A program made the position numbers and the translations under genes. The notes beneath the pieces are model-generated. The model did no database searches. It saw only the letters and a list, made by a program, of their open reading frames with translations, and was not told the origin of the DNA. A stretch of 64,000 nt of DNA. It comes from Naegleria gruberi. Taxonomy: Eukaryota. The stretch is from assembly GCA_000004985.1 (NCBI GenBank), contig GG738874.1, one strand, 5' to 3'. Positions 1 through 9,690 of this stretch are shown in pieces (within the stretch, counting starts at the first letter, position 1; the number at the start of each line of letters is the position of its first letter).

Positions 1-2
1 AG

Positions 3-2996
3 AAGACTAAGGATGTAAAGTCTGATAATCCTGATTCTAAGAATACTAGTAAATCAAAGAAGTCTGTTGATAAGAAGAAGACTAACACAAAGAAGGATAA
101 GAAGACCAATAAGGAAGAAAAGAAATCTGTAGAAAAGAATGAAAAGAAAATAGGAAAGAAGTCTACAAATACAGCCACAAAGAAGGATACTACCAAGTCC
201 ACTAAGAAAACTGATAAGAAATCCTCTGAAAATAAGAAGACAAGTGGATCCAAAAAGGCCGAGCCTAAAAAGAAAACCAATTCAACCAAACCTGGAAAGA
301 AATCTAGCACAAAGAAGCTCTCTAGTACGAAATCAAAATCTATTGGAAAGAAATCTGATATTAAGGAGGGTAACAAGAATGCTAAACCAAAGACCACTGA
401 TACCGGTAAGAAATCAGCTTCTGATAAGAAATCCAAGTCAGACAAGAAATCTGAAAAGAGCCCAACAAGTGTAAAAAAGGATAAGAAGAGTACCAAATCA
501 AAAACTGAAAAAAAGTCAACAACTAGAATGAAATCCAAGGATGTTAAAAAGCCAGGAATGACACCAAAATCATTTGATAACATGTTTGCTCAACAAGCTA
601 AAAAGTTGTCTCAACCAACAAGTCCAGTCAAACCAAACACAAAGTCTGACAAGAAGTCCAACAAGCCAAAGAAATCAAACACTGGTAAGAGGACCTATTC
701 CAAGAAGAATGATAAGTCAAAAACTAGTTCCAAGAAACCTGGAAAGAAATCTAGCACAAAGAACCTAGCTGGTAAGAAATCAAAATCTATTGAAAACAAA
801 TCTGATGTTAAATCCACAAAATCAGGAAAGAAGTCTTCAAAAAATACTGGCAAAAAATCTGGAAAGAAATCTACCAACAAGTCTGGAAAGAAATCAACTA
901 AAAAGAGTAAGAACACTACTAAGTCTGGAAAGATATCCAATACTGGAAAGTCTGGAAAGAAATCAAAGAATGGTAATACGAAATCAGATAAGAAGACCAA
1001 GAAATCAGAAACTGGTAAGAAATCAAAAAATTCCAAAGGAAAGAAGGATAGTAAGAAATCAAAGAAATCTACCAAAAAATCAGTAACGTCAACTAAAACA
1101 ACTAGTAAGAAATCTAACAAGTCTGGAAAGAAGGCTTCTAAGAATACTGGCAAGAAATCAGGAAAGAAATCCAATAAGCCTGGAAAGTCAAAGAAGATAC
1201 CCAAGAAATTAGGTAAGAAGGGTTCTAAAAAGGCTAACCAACCAAGCAAATCCAGTAACAAGTCTGGAAAGACCTTAAAGAATGGTAAACCAAAGAAATC
1301 CAATACTGGAAAGACATTAAAGAATGACACATCAAAGAAATCAACTAAAAAGGGCAAGAACGGTACTAAGTCTGGAAAGAAATCAAAATCTGGTAAGAAG
1401 ACTAAGAAATCAGAAACTGGAAAGAATTCTGGAAAGAAATCAAATACTGGAGAGAAAAACAACAATTCTTCTAAGAATAATAAGAAAAAGAACTTGAATG
1501 GAAAGAAGGACAAGTCCAAAAACAAATCAACTAATTTAAAGAATAATAAGAACACCAATAAGAAGAGTGCAAACAAATCAAGGAATAACAAGAACATGAC
1601 TGAACAAAAGGAAGAATCTGAATCATCTTTTGGCACACCAGATTCTGAGGAGAGAGAAACTCCATATTCTGAAGATGGACCAATAATATTATTAAGAGAT
1701 GATAACATCTTATCTAATTCTTACAAACAAAGAGGAATTGAAATTGAAGATGAACCAGTTAAAGTAGTTGAAAAGAATAGTATGAAGGTCAAGCAAGTCG
1801 ATAGTGAAATTGAACTATCTAGTGATCAAGATGAAGAAAGGCCACTCCAAATTTCTAAGAGGCAAGTTGAAAAGTCAATTCAAAGAAACGATTTTGAAGA
1901 CAATGAGGAACCAAAGGTCTCTAAATCTAAACAAGACGCTGAAAAATCCGAAGTTGAAAAGACCATTCAAAGAAAAGAGAAACACCAAGTTGAAGATGAA
2001 GAAGAAGCCCCTCAAAAGAAGTCTGTAAAAGGAAAGCATGATAAGAAATCTGGAAAGAAATTGAAGAATGAAAGATCAAAGAAGTCTGGAAAGTCTGTTG
2101 CTAAGAAAGGCAACAGGTCTGGAAAGAAATCAAATAATTCCACAGGAAAGAATGGCAATAAGAAATCAAAGAAATCTGGAAAGAACACCAAAACAACAAG
2201 TAAGAAGTACGGAAAGAAGCTCACTAAAAAGAATACCAAGAAATTAGGTAGGAAGGGTTCTAAGAAATCTGTAATTAAACCAAAGAAATCCAATCTTTCT
2301 TATGGTAAGGATTCTGGAAAGAAATCTTCCAAACAATCCAGAAAAGTGGAATATGAAGATGTTGAATATCCAATTCAAAGAAACCAAAAAAAAAGAAAAC
2401 AACAAGTTGATGAAAAACCTCCTCAAAAGAAGTCTAGAAATATTTCAAAGAGACAGCAGCAAGATGAAGAAAGATTTATTCTACAATATGAAAAGAAATC
2501 TGGACACAGAAAGGTTAATAAGAAATCATCCAAGCAAGAATTCGAAGAAAACCGAGCTCCAAAGAGGCAATATGTTGAATTTGATGAAGAAGTTCCTCAA
2601 GAGAATTCCAAATCTGGAATGGATATCTTGACCTATAGAACAAATCCAATCAATATCAATAACCATCAACCTCAAAAAAGAATGATCAATAGAATTACCC
2701 CTCAAACAGTATCTCAATTAAGACCAATCGAATCAAATGCCCCAGCTATTACTAATCCACAAATTTATCATCCATTTGTTAGACCAAATAACTTTGTTAC
2801 CACTGCTCCACCAGCTATTGCTCGACCAAATAACTTTACTCCTCAAACACAATCTCATGATGAAACTATGAATCTGCAAAATATTGGTATCAATCTTGTC
2901 ACCAACAATCCAACTCCTACAGCTCCAAATCATAATGTTAACAGAGCCAGAGTTGTACAAGCTTTGAGAAAATTGATTGCCTCTATGAAGAAATAA
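3..2996 (+). CDS. Lys/Ser/Thr-rich low-complexity protein, 5'-partial. The reading frame is open from the window start; the track's 528 start is only the first internal Met. Paralog of 3466..5193.
   Basis: Frame 3 is uninterrupted from nt 3 to the TAA at 2994-2996. It consists of degenerate KKSGKKS-type repeats. An acidic middle block (RGIEIEDEPVKV...KQVDSEIE) and the C-terminal block (RI.PQ.V.Q...MN.QNI.INL.TNNPTPTAP...RA.V..ALR.LIAS) are shared with the downstream gene. Lys is encoded mostly by AAG. Confidence 0.6.
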   Translation, partial: KTKDVKSDNPDSKNTSKSKKSVDKKKTNTKKDKKTNKEEKKSVEKNEKKIGKKSTNTATKKDTTKSTKKTDKKSSENKKTSGSKKAEPKKKTNSTKPGKKSSTKKLSSTKSKSIGKKSDIKEGNKNAKPKTTDTGKKSASDKKSKSDKKSEKSPTSVKKDKKSTKSKTEKKSTTRMKSKDVKKPGMTPKSFDNMFAQQAKKLSQPTSPVKPNTKSDKKSNKPKKSNTGKRTYSKKNDKSKTSSKKPGKKSSTKNLAGKKSKSIENKSDVKSTKSGKKSSKNTGKKSGKKSTNKSGKKSTKKSKNTTKSGKISNTGKSGKKSKNGNTKSDKKTKKSETGKKSKNSKGKKDSKKSKKSTKKSVTSTKTTSKKSNKSGKKASKNTGKKSGKKSNKPGKSKKIPKKLGKKGSKKANQPSKSSNKSGKTLKNGKPKKSNTGKTLKNDTSKKSTKKGKNGTKSGKKSKSGKKTKKSETGKNSGKKSNTGEKNNNSSKNNKKKNLNGKKDKSKNKSTNLKNNKNTNKKSANKSRNNKNMTEQKEESESSFGTPDSEERETPYSEDGPIILLRDDNILSNSYKQRGIEIEDEPVKVVEKNSMKVKQVDSEIELSSDQDEERPLQISKRQVEKSIQRNDFEDNEEPKVSKSKQDAEKSEVEKTIQRKEKHQVEDEEEAPQKKSVKGKHDKKSGKKLKNERSKKSGKSVAKKGNRSGKKSNNSTGKNGNKKSKKSGKNTKTTSKKYGKKLTKKNTKKLGRKGSKKSVIKPKKSNLSYGKDSGKKSSKQSRKVEYEDVEYPIQRNQKKRKQQVDEKPPQKKSRNISKRQQQDEERFILQYEKKSGHRKVNKKSSKQEFEENRAPKRQYVEFDEEVPQENSKSGMDILTYRTNPININNHQPQKRMINRITPQTVSQLRPIESNAPAITNPQIYHPFVRPNNFVTTAPPAIARPNNFTPQTQSHDETMNLQNIGINLVTNNPTPTAPNHNVNRARVVQALRKLIASMKK

Positions 2997-3465
2997 ACAA
3001 TTAAGATTTGGTGTGTTTGAAAATTTAATTTTAACGGCTCTGGGAATATTTAAGAAAATTCACACAAGTGATTAATAATTAAGTTATGATAAGAATTAGT
3101 GAACGTTCATTACACATTCACTTGAATGGCTATCGTATCTTAAACCAGTAGCACAACCAACTGTTGAAAAGAAATCTGTTGCCAAGACTGACAAGAGTCA
3201 AGTCAAATCAGCANCTGAAAAGAAGAAGGCCGATGTAACACCAAAAGAAATTGCTAAACCAACAAAGAAGCCAGTTGATACCAAGCCAGCTAAACCTGTT
3301 GTCGATACCAAGAAATCTGATGCCAAGAAGTCAACTGATAAATCTGGTAAGCCAAAGACTGGTGCCAAGAAAACTACTGGTAAGAACACTGATGCCAAGA
3401 AGTCAACTAATAAGAAGACTGATGCAAAGACAGGAAAGTCTGCTACTGCCAAGAAGACTCCAGCT

Positions 3466-5193
3466 ATGGCAACCAAGTCTGTTCAAAATAAGACTATTGC
3501 CAAGAAATCTGATGCCAAGAAGTCAACTGATAAAACTGGAAAGCCAAAGACTGCTACCAAGAAGACTGCCAAGAAAACCATTGATAAGGCAAAGTCTGGT
3601 GTAAAGACTAATGCCAAGAAGACTGGTTTGAAGGGAAAGTCAACAAAGAAAGATGTCACCAAGTCAACTAAAAAGTCTGACAAGAAGCCATCTGCCAAGA
3701 AGGATAAGTCTGCCAAGAAGTCATCTGATAAGACTGTAAAATCAAAGAAATCATCTGAAAAGAAAACCGGTAAAAAATCCAAGAAAACTGGTGTAAAGAA
3801 GACTGATAAGAAGGGAAAGAAGGATAAAAAGCCAACTAAAAAGACTCATAAGAAAACCAAGTTAAGTGCATTGACTAGAGCTAGAGGCCACGTCTTTAAG
3901 AAAAAGAAGAAGAATTTGACAACTGAAAACCCATCCCAATCATCCCAATCTCCAATTCTTGAACATATTCCAATGGAATCAGATGGTTTGTCAAGAAGAC
4001 AAAGATATGAACGTTCACTTAAAGAAAAATCAAAGAAATCCGAAAACAATGAAGAGAATGTCCAAAAGGAATCTGAAGTTATTGCAACTCCTAGTTCTGA
4101 AGACATTTCCTCACCAATTAATTCTGAAAGAGTAGCTACTTCTGAAGATTCACCGGTCCAAAACAATTCCGAAGAAAGATCTTCCTCAAACGATAACATC
4201 TCATCCAATTCTGTTAATCAAAGAGGACTTGAAATTGAAGATGATGTTAAAGTTGAAAAGAAACAACGTGTTGGAGTCAAGCAAGTTGATGAAGAAATTG
4301 AATCTAAGGAAGAAATCAAGTCTGACGAAAAGAAATCTGCTAAGGTTTATGGAGAGTCTGATAAGAAACCTAGAAAGGATGAATCTGAAGAAGAATTGGA
4401 AGAGCCAACCTCTGTCCAAAAGAAATCCAAGAAGTCAACTAAGAAATCAAGAAATCTTACGAAGAAGACTGGTAAGAAGGGTGAGAAATCAACCAAAAAG
4501 ACTGCTCCAAAGAAGAATAGCAATAAGACAGGTAAGCAGACAGGTAAGAAGGGTAAGAAATCTGGAAACAAATCAAGAAAGGTTGTTAAGAAATCTGGAA
4601 ACAAGTCAAACAAGAATGAAAAGAAACCAACCAAGAAGACTGATAAGAAGGGTAAGAAATCTGGAAACAAGTCTAACAAGGGTGCTAAGAGATCCACTAA
4701 GAAATCAGGAAAGGGTGAAAAGAAATCCATGAATACTCAAAATAGAAGAATCAATAGAATTGCTCCTCAATCAGTAACTCAATTCAAACCAATGGAAATT
4801 GTTGATACTCCAGCTATCAGTAAGGCACAAATTTCCCAACCAGTTATCACTCAACAAGATGTCGAACCAACTACTGGTACTCAAAGACAACTTCCAACTG
4901 GTGCAATGAATGTTCAAAACATTGACATTAATCTCATCACAAACAATCCAACTCCTACTGCTCCAGATAGTCCATCTCCATCCGAGATTGCATTGGTCAG
5001 AAGATTTTTGGCTAATAGAAGAAGATTGGAAAAGAAGCAAGCTCCACAACAACCAAAGGAAGAACCAATGAATGTTTCTAATGTTGTCACTGTTGGTATG
5101 CCTCAACCTGCTCAAAAGCCAACCAAACAAAATATTGATAGAGCTAAAGTTGCTGCTGCTTTGAGAAATTTGATTGCTTCTGTTAATAAATGA
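3466..5193 (+). CDS. Lys/Ser/Thr-rich low-complexity protein, tandem paralog of the upstream gene. The true 5' end is uncertain.
   Basis: The 575-aa ORF starts at a real ATG. The same frame is open with no ATG back to 3103 and encodes more of the same KSDAKKSTDK repeats, so an upstream exon or intron is likely. The conserved acidic middle and the C-terminal NPTPTAP...RAKVAAALRNLIAS domain are present. Confidence 0.6.
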   Translation: MATKSVQNKTIAKKSDAKKSTDKTGKPKTATKKTAKKTIDKAKSGVKTNAKKTGLKGKSTKKDVTKSTKKSDKKPSAKKDKSAKKSSDKTVKSKKSSEKKTGKKSKKTGVKKTDKKGKKDKKPTKKTHKKTKLSALTRARGHVFKKKKKNLTTENPSQSSQSPILEHIPMESDGLSRRQRYERSLKEKSKKSENNEENVQKESEVIATPSSEDISSPINSERVATSEDSPVQNNSEERSSSNDNISSNSVNQRGLEIEDDVKVEKKQRVGVKQVDEEIESKEEIKSDEKKSAKVYGESDKKPRKDESEEELEEPTSVQKKSKKSTKKSRNLTKKTGKKGEKSTKKTAPKKNSNKTGKQTGKKGKKSGNKSRKVVKKSGNKSNKNEKKPTKKTDKKGKKSGNKSNKGAKRSTKKSGKGEKKSMNTQNRRINRIAPQSVTQFKPMEIVDTPAISKAQISQPVITQQDVEPTTGTQRQLPTGAMNVQNIDINLITNNPTPTAPDSPSPSEIALVRRFLANRRRLEKKQAPQQPKEEPMNVSNVVTVGMPQPAQKPTKQNIDRAKVAAALRNLIASVNK

Positions 5194-5198
5194 ATTCT

Positions 5199-6362
5199 TT
5201 AAAATTGACAATTTATCATTAAATCTGTTAGTTTCTGAGCTATCATTGATTGATAGCATCTTTTCAATGTTGTCTTCTCGAATAAACAATTAGAAATATA
5301 GTGGTTATTTTTCTCGTTACTATTCACTACATATTTAACCACTTGTGAAATGTCAAAATCAGATATCGACTTGATAATGTGATATTCTGACACATTTCCA
5401 TTACCTGTTCGTAAATAGTTAGATATAATTGTATTGACAACATCCCTCTCGTGATAATCGTTTACAATTTGTTCAAGTTCTGGCATTAATTGAGCTTCAA
5501 AAGGTCTTTCAAATTTGATATAATTCCTCAACTTTTTCATCATTAAATCTGGTTTGGTAAAGAGAAGAATTATTCTCGTATTCGAATGATTTCCAATCAA
5601 TTCCTTGTAGAGTTTCAAACTTTCGTCCATTCTATTAACCTTCTCATCTCCATAACATGTTTGATTAAATTCTGAAAGAGAAACTACATAAATCAAAACT
5701 GAAACTTGATTTTCCAAACAATATCTCCACTTTCGTCTTTCATGAATTTTTCCACCTGCTGTCACAAATGTCAATCTATTCTTATTAAAAATAACACTAT
5801 AATCAATTATTCCAGAAGATCCTCCCTTAATATAAATATCTGGAATAAACCTCTCTCGATTCTTAATTTTTGACACAAAAATGTCAACATTCTCAAATAA
5901 ATTCAATGTATCCTGATTAGTTCTATAAATCTTTCTAAATCTATCATCATTCCACAATGCAACAAGTGCATGATCATCAAAATTTCCATTCGGTACCTTT
6001 TCATTAATAATAAACTCAACTGTCCTATCACTCGATGACGATGACGATGAGTACAAAATTTGTTGAATGATAATTCGTGAAATTGTATTCGTATCGACGT
6101 GATAGAAAGAGTCGGAAGTTTTATCGATGGAAGTAAAATGTTCCTTCTTTCTATTTTCATATCGAATCATTTCACAGATGGTTGTCTTTCCACTTGATGT
6201 GTTTCCAAGGAGGACGAATCTCTTTTCTTCCACGTCGTCATTAGCAAGATTATTCGAATGGTTATTCGAAGGAGAAGACGAAATAAACGTGTTTTGAATT
6301 GCGTTACTGTTAACGACGTTGGCGTGTTGCTGTTGTTGAAGTGTTGAGAGCTTCCCACCCAT
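5199..6362 (-). CDS. Heterotrimeric G-protein alpha subunit, divergent.
   Basis: N-terminal MGGKLS is the MG..S myristoylation-type start typical of G-alpha. The P-loop LLGNTSSGKTTICEMI matches the G-alpha GxxxSGKST consensus. RRKWRYCLENQVSVLIYVVSLSEF matches the switch II/G3 region ([24 protein letters not shown]). RILLFTKPDLMMKKL matches the NKxD region (ILFLNKKDLF). Real ATG (CAT on plus) at 6360-6362. Single exon of 387 aa. Confidence 0.75.
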   Translation of the reverse strand: MGGKLSTLQQQQHANVVNSNAIQNTFISSSPSNNHSNNLANDDVEEKRFVLLGNTSSGKTTICEMIRYENRKKEHFTSIDKTSDSFYHVDTNTISRIIIQQILYSSSSSSSDRTVEFIINEKVPNGNFDDHALVALWNDDRFRKIYRTNQDTLNLFENVDIFVSKIKNRERFIPDIYIKGGSSGIIDYSVIFNKNRLTFVTAGGKIHERRKWRYCLENQVSVLIYVVSLSEFNQTCYGDEKVNRMDESLKLYKELIGNHSNTRIILLFTKPDLMMKKLRNYIKFERPFEAQLMPELEQIVNDYHERDVVNTIISNYLRTGNGNVSEYHIIKSISDFDISQVVKYVVNSNEKNNHYISNCLFEKTTLKRCYQSMIAQKLTDLMINCQF

Positions 6363-6529
6363 TTTTTTTTATCTGATTCTTTTCGAAAGGTTTCACTAGT
6401 AATGCTCGAATTGGAAGGAAGAGTCCAAAGATGGTCTTCCAGCTGCTGTTGGAATCTGTAAATCTTTAGCTTAATATTTATTACTGTTCGATACCAGCTT
6501 GGCTAGACAGTAAATTTTATTATTAAAAA

Positions 6530-6874
6530 ATGGCGGGAAAAGCTGTGAACGAATGTTTCTTCCCCATTTCGTTCACTATTGAGCAAAAGGAACTGAAAAA
6601 CTCGTCGACACCAGATGTGGTGGTGGCAAAAAAGCGCAGAAAAAAACGACACAAATATATATCAGGTGCATATCAAAGGTTGTTTGATTTTGAAACCAAC
6701 TTGTTCACTCGCTTTTTATCAATTGTCTTACCAAATGATGAAGATTTGAAAATAGTCCAGTGGTCATATATCCTTAGTGTCATTGTATTCCATCTAGTCT
6801 TCCAATTTATTTTACCGTGTTACCTCGCTTGCAAAGTGGAAGAAAAAGATATTTTGCAAGGGAAGCTATTGTGA
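6530..6874 (+). CDS. Small hypothetical ORF (114 aa, one hydrophobic segment) in the divergent intergenic region. It may not be a gene.
   Basis: Real ATG at 6530 but no recognisable domain. It sits between the starts of two divergently transcribed genes. Confidence 0.15.
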   Translation: MAGKAVNECFFPISFTIEQKELKNSSTPDVVVAKKRRKKRHKYISGAYQRLFDFETNLFTRFLSIVLPNDEDLKIVQWSYILSVIVFHLVFQFILPCYLACKVEEKDILQGKLL

Positions 6875-7116
6875 TTTTGTGTGGCTTGGTCAATTATTCA
6901 CTAGAAGAAAAAAAGGTGATTGAAAGGGAAGAAAATATTTTCACGCTTTTTCTGTCCACGTGTGTTCATCATTAGAGAAGAGAACACTTTCAACATCACG
7001 TTCATCAATTTATAGAATATACTTCTTCCTTTTTGTGTGAGTATTCAGAAGTGTAACAACAAAAGAAAAAGAAGAATTTTAAACAATTTTGCCTACTACA
7101 CTACTTCATCATCATT

Positions 7117-8313
7117 ATGTCCATCGGAAAGTTAATACAGTCATCAGCCTTGTTAAGTCAAGTTGCTGGACAGGCTAATCAATTGTTTGATTCAATACTT
7201 TCCTATTTATTAATTAATTTAGGTTCTTCATCATCTTTATCAACAACAACTATAGCACAACAAGATACAAACTTGTTGCACAATATCATCAATAACAACA
7301 ACAATATTATTGGATCATCCTTTGGAACAACAACCAATGATATAAATAATAGGACTGAAGAAATAATTTTGGTGAGAGGAGTAACACTTACAATGGATAT
7401 TACCTTCTTGTTGGTTCCTTTAATAATCTCGATTGCCATTCCGATCCTCTATGAAATGCTTGTTGTTCGACAATTCCTGGATAAGATTAAAAAGAAGTTT
7501 AAAAGAAAGGCAAGAACACGTTCAACCTATTACGATAAGTTTGGTCAATATCAAGATAGTATTGAGGCATTTGCACTTCAAGATATTGAAAAGGAGGAGA
7601 ATGCTAGAAGCACATTGTTTTGGAAATTGGTTTGCTTTTGTGGATGGAGAAATTTCAAAAACTTTTTCTTTACTACTCCATTAGGTGCAGATAATTCATT
7701 GGCAGCAATCAATGAGAATGGAAGCTTTGTAATGTATCATTCAACACCCTTTCAATTATTGGATAGAATGTGTTCCAGTTGCTGCACAACTGTCAGTACA
7801 TCATCCAGTGAAGATCTCGCACCACTCTTTCCATCAGAAAACAATGTGAAAATTCGATCTGTTACATCCAAAAGCGTTCATCAATATAACATTTCATGCT
7901 GGATTTCTAGTTCAATACTCTTGCTAATACGTATTGGTAATTTCGTATTGGCAGTAGTGACAGCTGTCTACTTGGGAAAGGATGAAATATTCAAGAAGGG
8001 CAATCACAATCCTTGGTTCGAATATACCAAATATCTTACCAACAATACTTTCAATCTCTTCCTTGTCTATTCATCACTCGTGCTATTCTACCATATTATT
8101 CTAATGATGACTGCAGGTGTTCTTGTGATCAAGAAGAGAAAACCAACAAGTGGTAACACAGCTACAGTTACTTTTCCATATCATGACATTATGCCAAGAA
8201 ATTTGGAAAAAGTTTTAGAGGTAATTGGTAACATGTTGTGGTTCTTATCAGAGATGAACCTTGTAACTTCTGCTCTTGTTTCTATTGGGTATGTTATTAT
8301 TGCTATTGTATAA
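7117..8313 (+). CDS. Hypothetical multi-pass membrane protein, probably exon 1 of a gene that continues in 8376..9086.
   Basis: Real ATG at 7117. Several hydrophobic helices (LLVPLIISIAIPILYEMLVV, LLLIRIGNFVLAVVTAVYLG, LVLFYHIILMMTAGVLVI). No recognisable family. Confidence 0.5.
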   Translation: MSIGKLIQSSALLSQVAGQANQLFDSILSYLLINLGSSSSLSTTTIAQQDTNLLHNIINNNNNIIGSSFGTTTNDINNRTEEIILVRGVTLTMDITFLLVPLIISIAIPILYEMLVVRQFLDKIKKKFKRKARTRSTYYDKFGQYQDSIEAFALQDIEKEENARSTLFWKLVCFCGWRNFKNFFFTTPLGADNSLAAINENGSFVMYHSTPFQLLDRMCSSCCTTVSTSSSEDLAPLFPSENNVKIRSVTSKSVHQYNISCWISSSILLLIRIGNFVLAVVTAVYLGKDEIFKKGNHNPWFEYTKYLTNNTFNLFLVYSSLVLFYHIILMMTAGVLVIKKRKPTSGNTATVTFPYHDIMPRNLEKVLEVIGNMLWFLSEMNLVTSALVSIGYVIIAIV

Positions 8314-8375
8314 TATTTACCATTAACCTGAAAATTATTTTGAATAATTATTATAATTATTAATGAACTTGCTGA

Positions 8376-9086
8376 ATGATTATCTTAAGTTTTTGGACAA
8401 TCATCATACCAACAGGAAATTTCCCAACGGATAGAATTAACTTTATCATTATATCATCACATGGATTGACATTTATTGGAAGTTTTATAGAGGCCTTCAT
8501 GTCAGACTTTTATTTTAAATTCTGGCATGTCTTCATCATTGGCCTTTATTCACCAATTTATCTTCTCTATGTTATTGGATTGAAAGAAGGTGGATACATT
8601 ACATCATTCCCATACGGAAATCTTCTCGATTATGACAAGGGAGATTTAGCTTTGGCTGGACATTTCACATTCATCATTGGCATTTATTTACTCTTCGCCT
8701 TGTTCTGGCTCGTCTTGACAGTTTTTAAAAAGTTGATGGTCATCAAGTTTTGTGCCAGTTATGCCTTCCCTTCAACACTTGGACATCGTTCTTCTATTCC
8801 TCATAGTGCATCATCAGGATCATTGGAAAGAAGAGCCAGTTCGACCCCATACTATCAATCCACTTTTAAAGTTGGTTCTCCCGATAGAACAATTTCACCA
8901 ACTCTTCTCCAACAACATGCTCGTTCCATCAGTTTATCGAGTAGTGGTTATGGTGATGAAGAGGAGGAACAATTTACATCACTCCCAGCCAATTCAACCC
9001 TACAAACAACACCTACTCCATCCTCTACAGCTCAGCATCACAAGAGAACCTTTTCTTATGGCAGTACAAGCCATAGCCAGCAATAA
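8376..9086 (+). CDS. Hypothetical membrane protein, probably the 3' exon of the 7117 gene via a candidate intron near 8289-8389. The Ser-rich C-terminal tail is cytosolic.
   Basis: The ORF continues with TM helices and then a Ser/Thr/Pro-rich tail. A GTATGT donor at about 8289 and a CTTAAG acceptor at about 8389 would join the two ORFs in frame at phase 2 (GG|T = Gly). Confidence 0.4.
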   Translation: MIILSFWTIIIPTGNFPTDRINFIIISSHGLTFIGSFIEAFMSDFYFKFWHVFIIGLYSPIYLLYVIGLKEGGYITSFPYGNLLDYDKGDLALAGHFTFIIGIYLLFALFWLVLTVFKKLMVIKFCASYAFPSTLGHRSSIPHSASSGSLERRASSTPYYQSTFKVGSPDRTISPTLLQQHARSISLSSSGYGDEEEEQFTSLPANSTLQTTPTPSSTAQHHKRTFSYGSTSHSQQ

Positions 9087-9690
9087 TTTTACATCATCAG
9101 CCCACAGTACAATAATTTCAAGTGAAATTAGCCCAACAAAATAGAATGTGAGAAGGGCTTTAAAGTGTTAAAGGGTTGGCTAGAAACTGGACCATTCGAA
9201 GTTTGTGTGTCACTGCTTGTTGCTTTGTGATATCTTGTATTTGGAAAGACTTCTCTTCTGGAGCCGTGAGTGTTACGCGATGACAGTTTGGGTAATACAA
9301 ATCTGTCAGAAAGGTGTAACAAATTCGAAACTTTTGCCAAGTTAACAACGCACGTTGCTGCATCAATGTTGCCAAAATGATCCAATGAAGTTATTCACCT
9401 CCTAATCGTTTCATGAATCTGCTTGTAACGATACTTTTCACATCTCTTGAGGTAACAAAACAATCATTTGTTGTCTCTTGTTGAGAAAGATGATTCACCA
9501 TCATTTCAAAACAAATACCCCAACCAACAACAACTAGAGCAAATTACTCTTAGCCGAGTTGTAGCAGTAATTTGTAAATCTTCATTAACAACAACAACAA
9601 GAATACCTTTCTTCTCTAAAATCATTAAAATTATTATTAACCAACTTTCGGTAGCTCTTTCTAACACTTTCTCACAACACCATTTTCTAA

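Noticed and set aside
528-530. ORF-track start codons shown as M at 244, 528 (relative to the upstream-open frame), 8376, 10378, 32119, 49972 and others
   Set aside because: The track accepts GTG and TTG starts and first-internal-Met starts. Several of these are not real initiation codons: the frame is open upstream, or the codon is TTG. I used real ATGs or splice junctions instead.
695-1708. 337-aa Phe/Leu-rich ORF on the minus strand, and similar antisense ORFs at 2012..2293, 3198..3476, 3483..3782, 4347..4730
   Set aside because: These are antisense read-through of the AAG/AAA-rich Lys-repeat genes (AAG/AAA complements to CTT/TTT). They are low-complexity artefacts, not genes.
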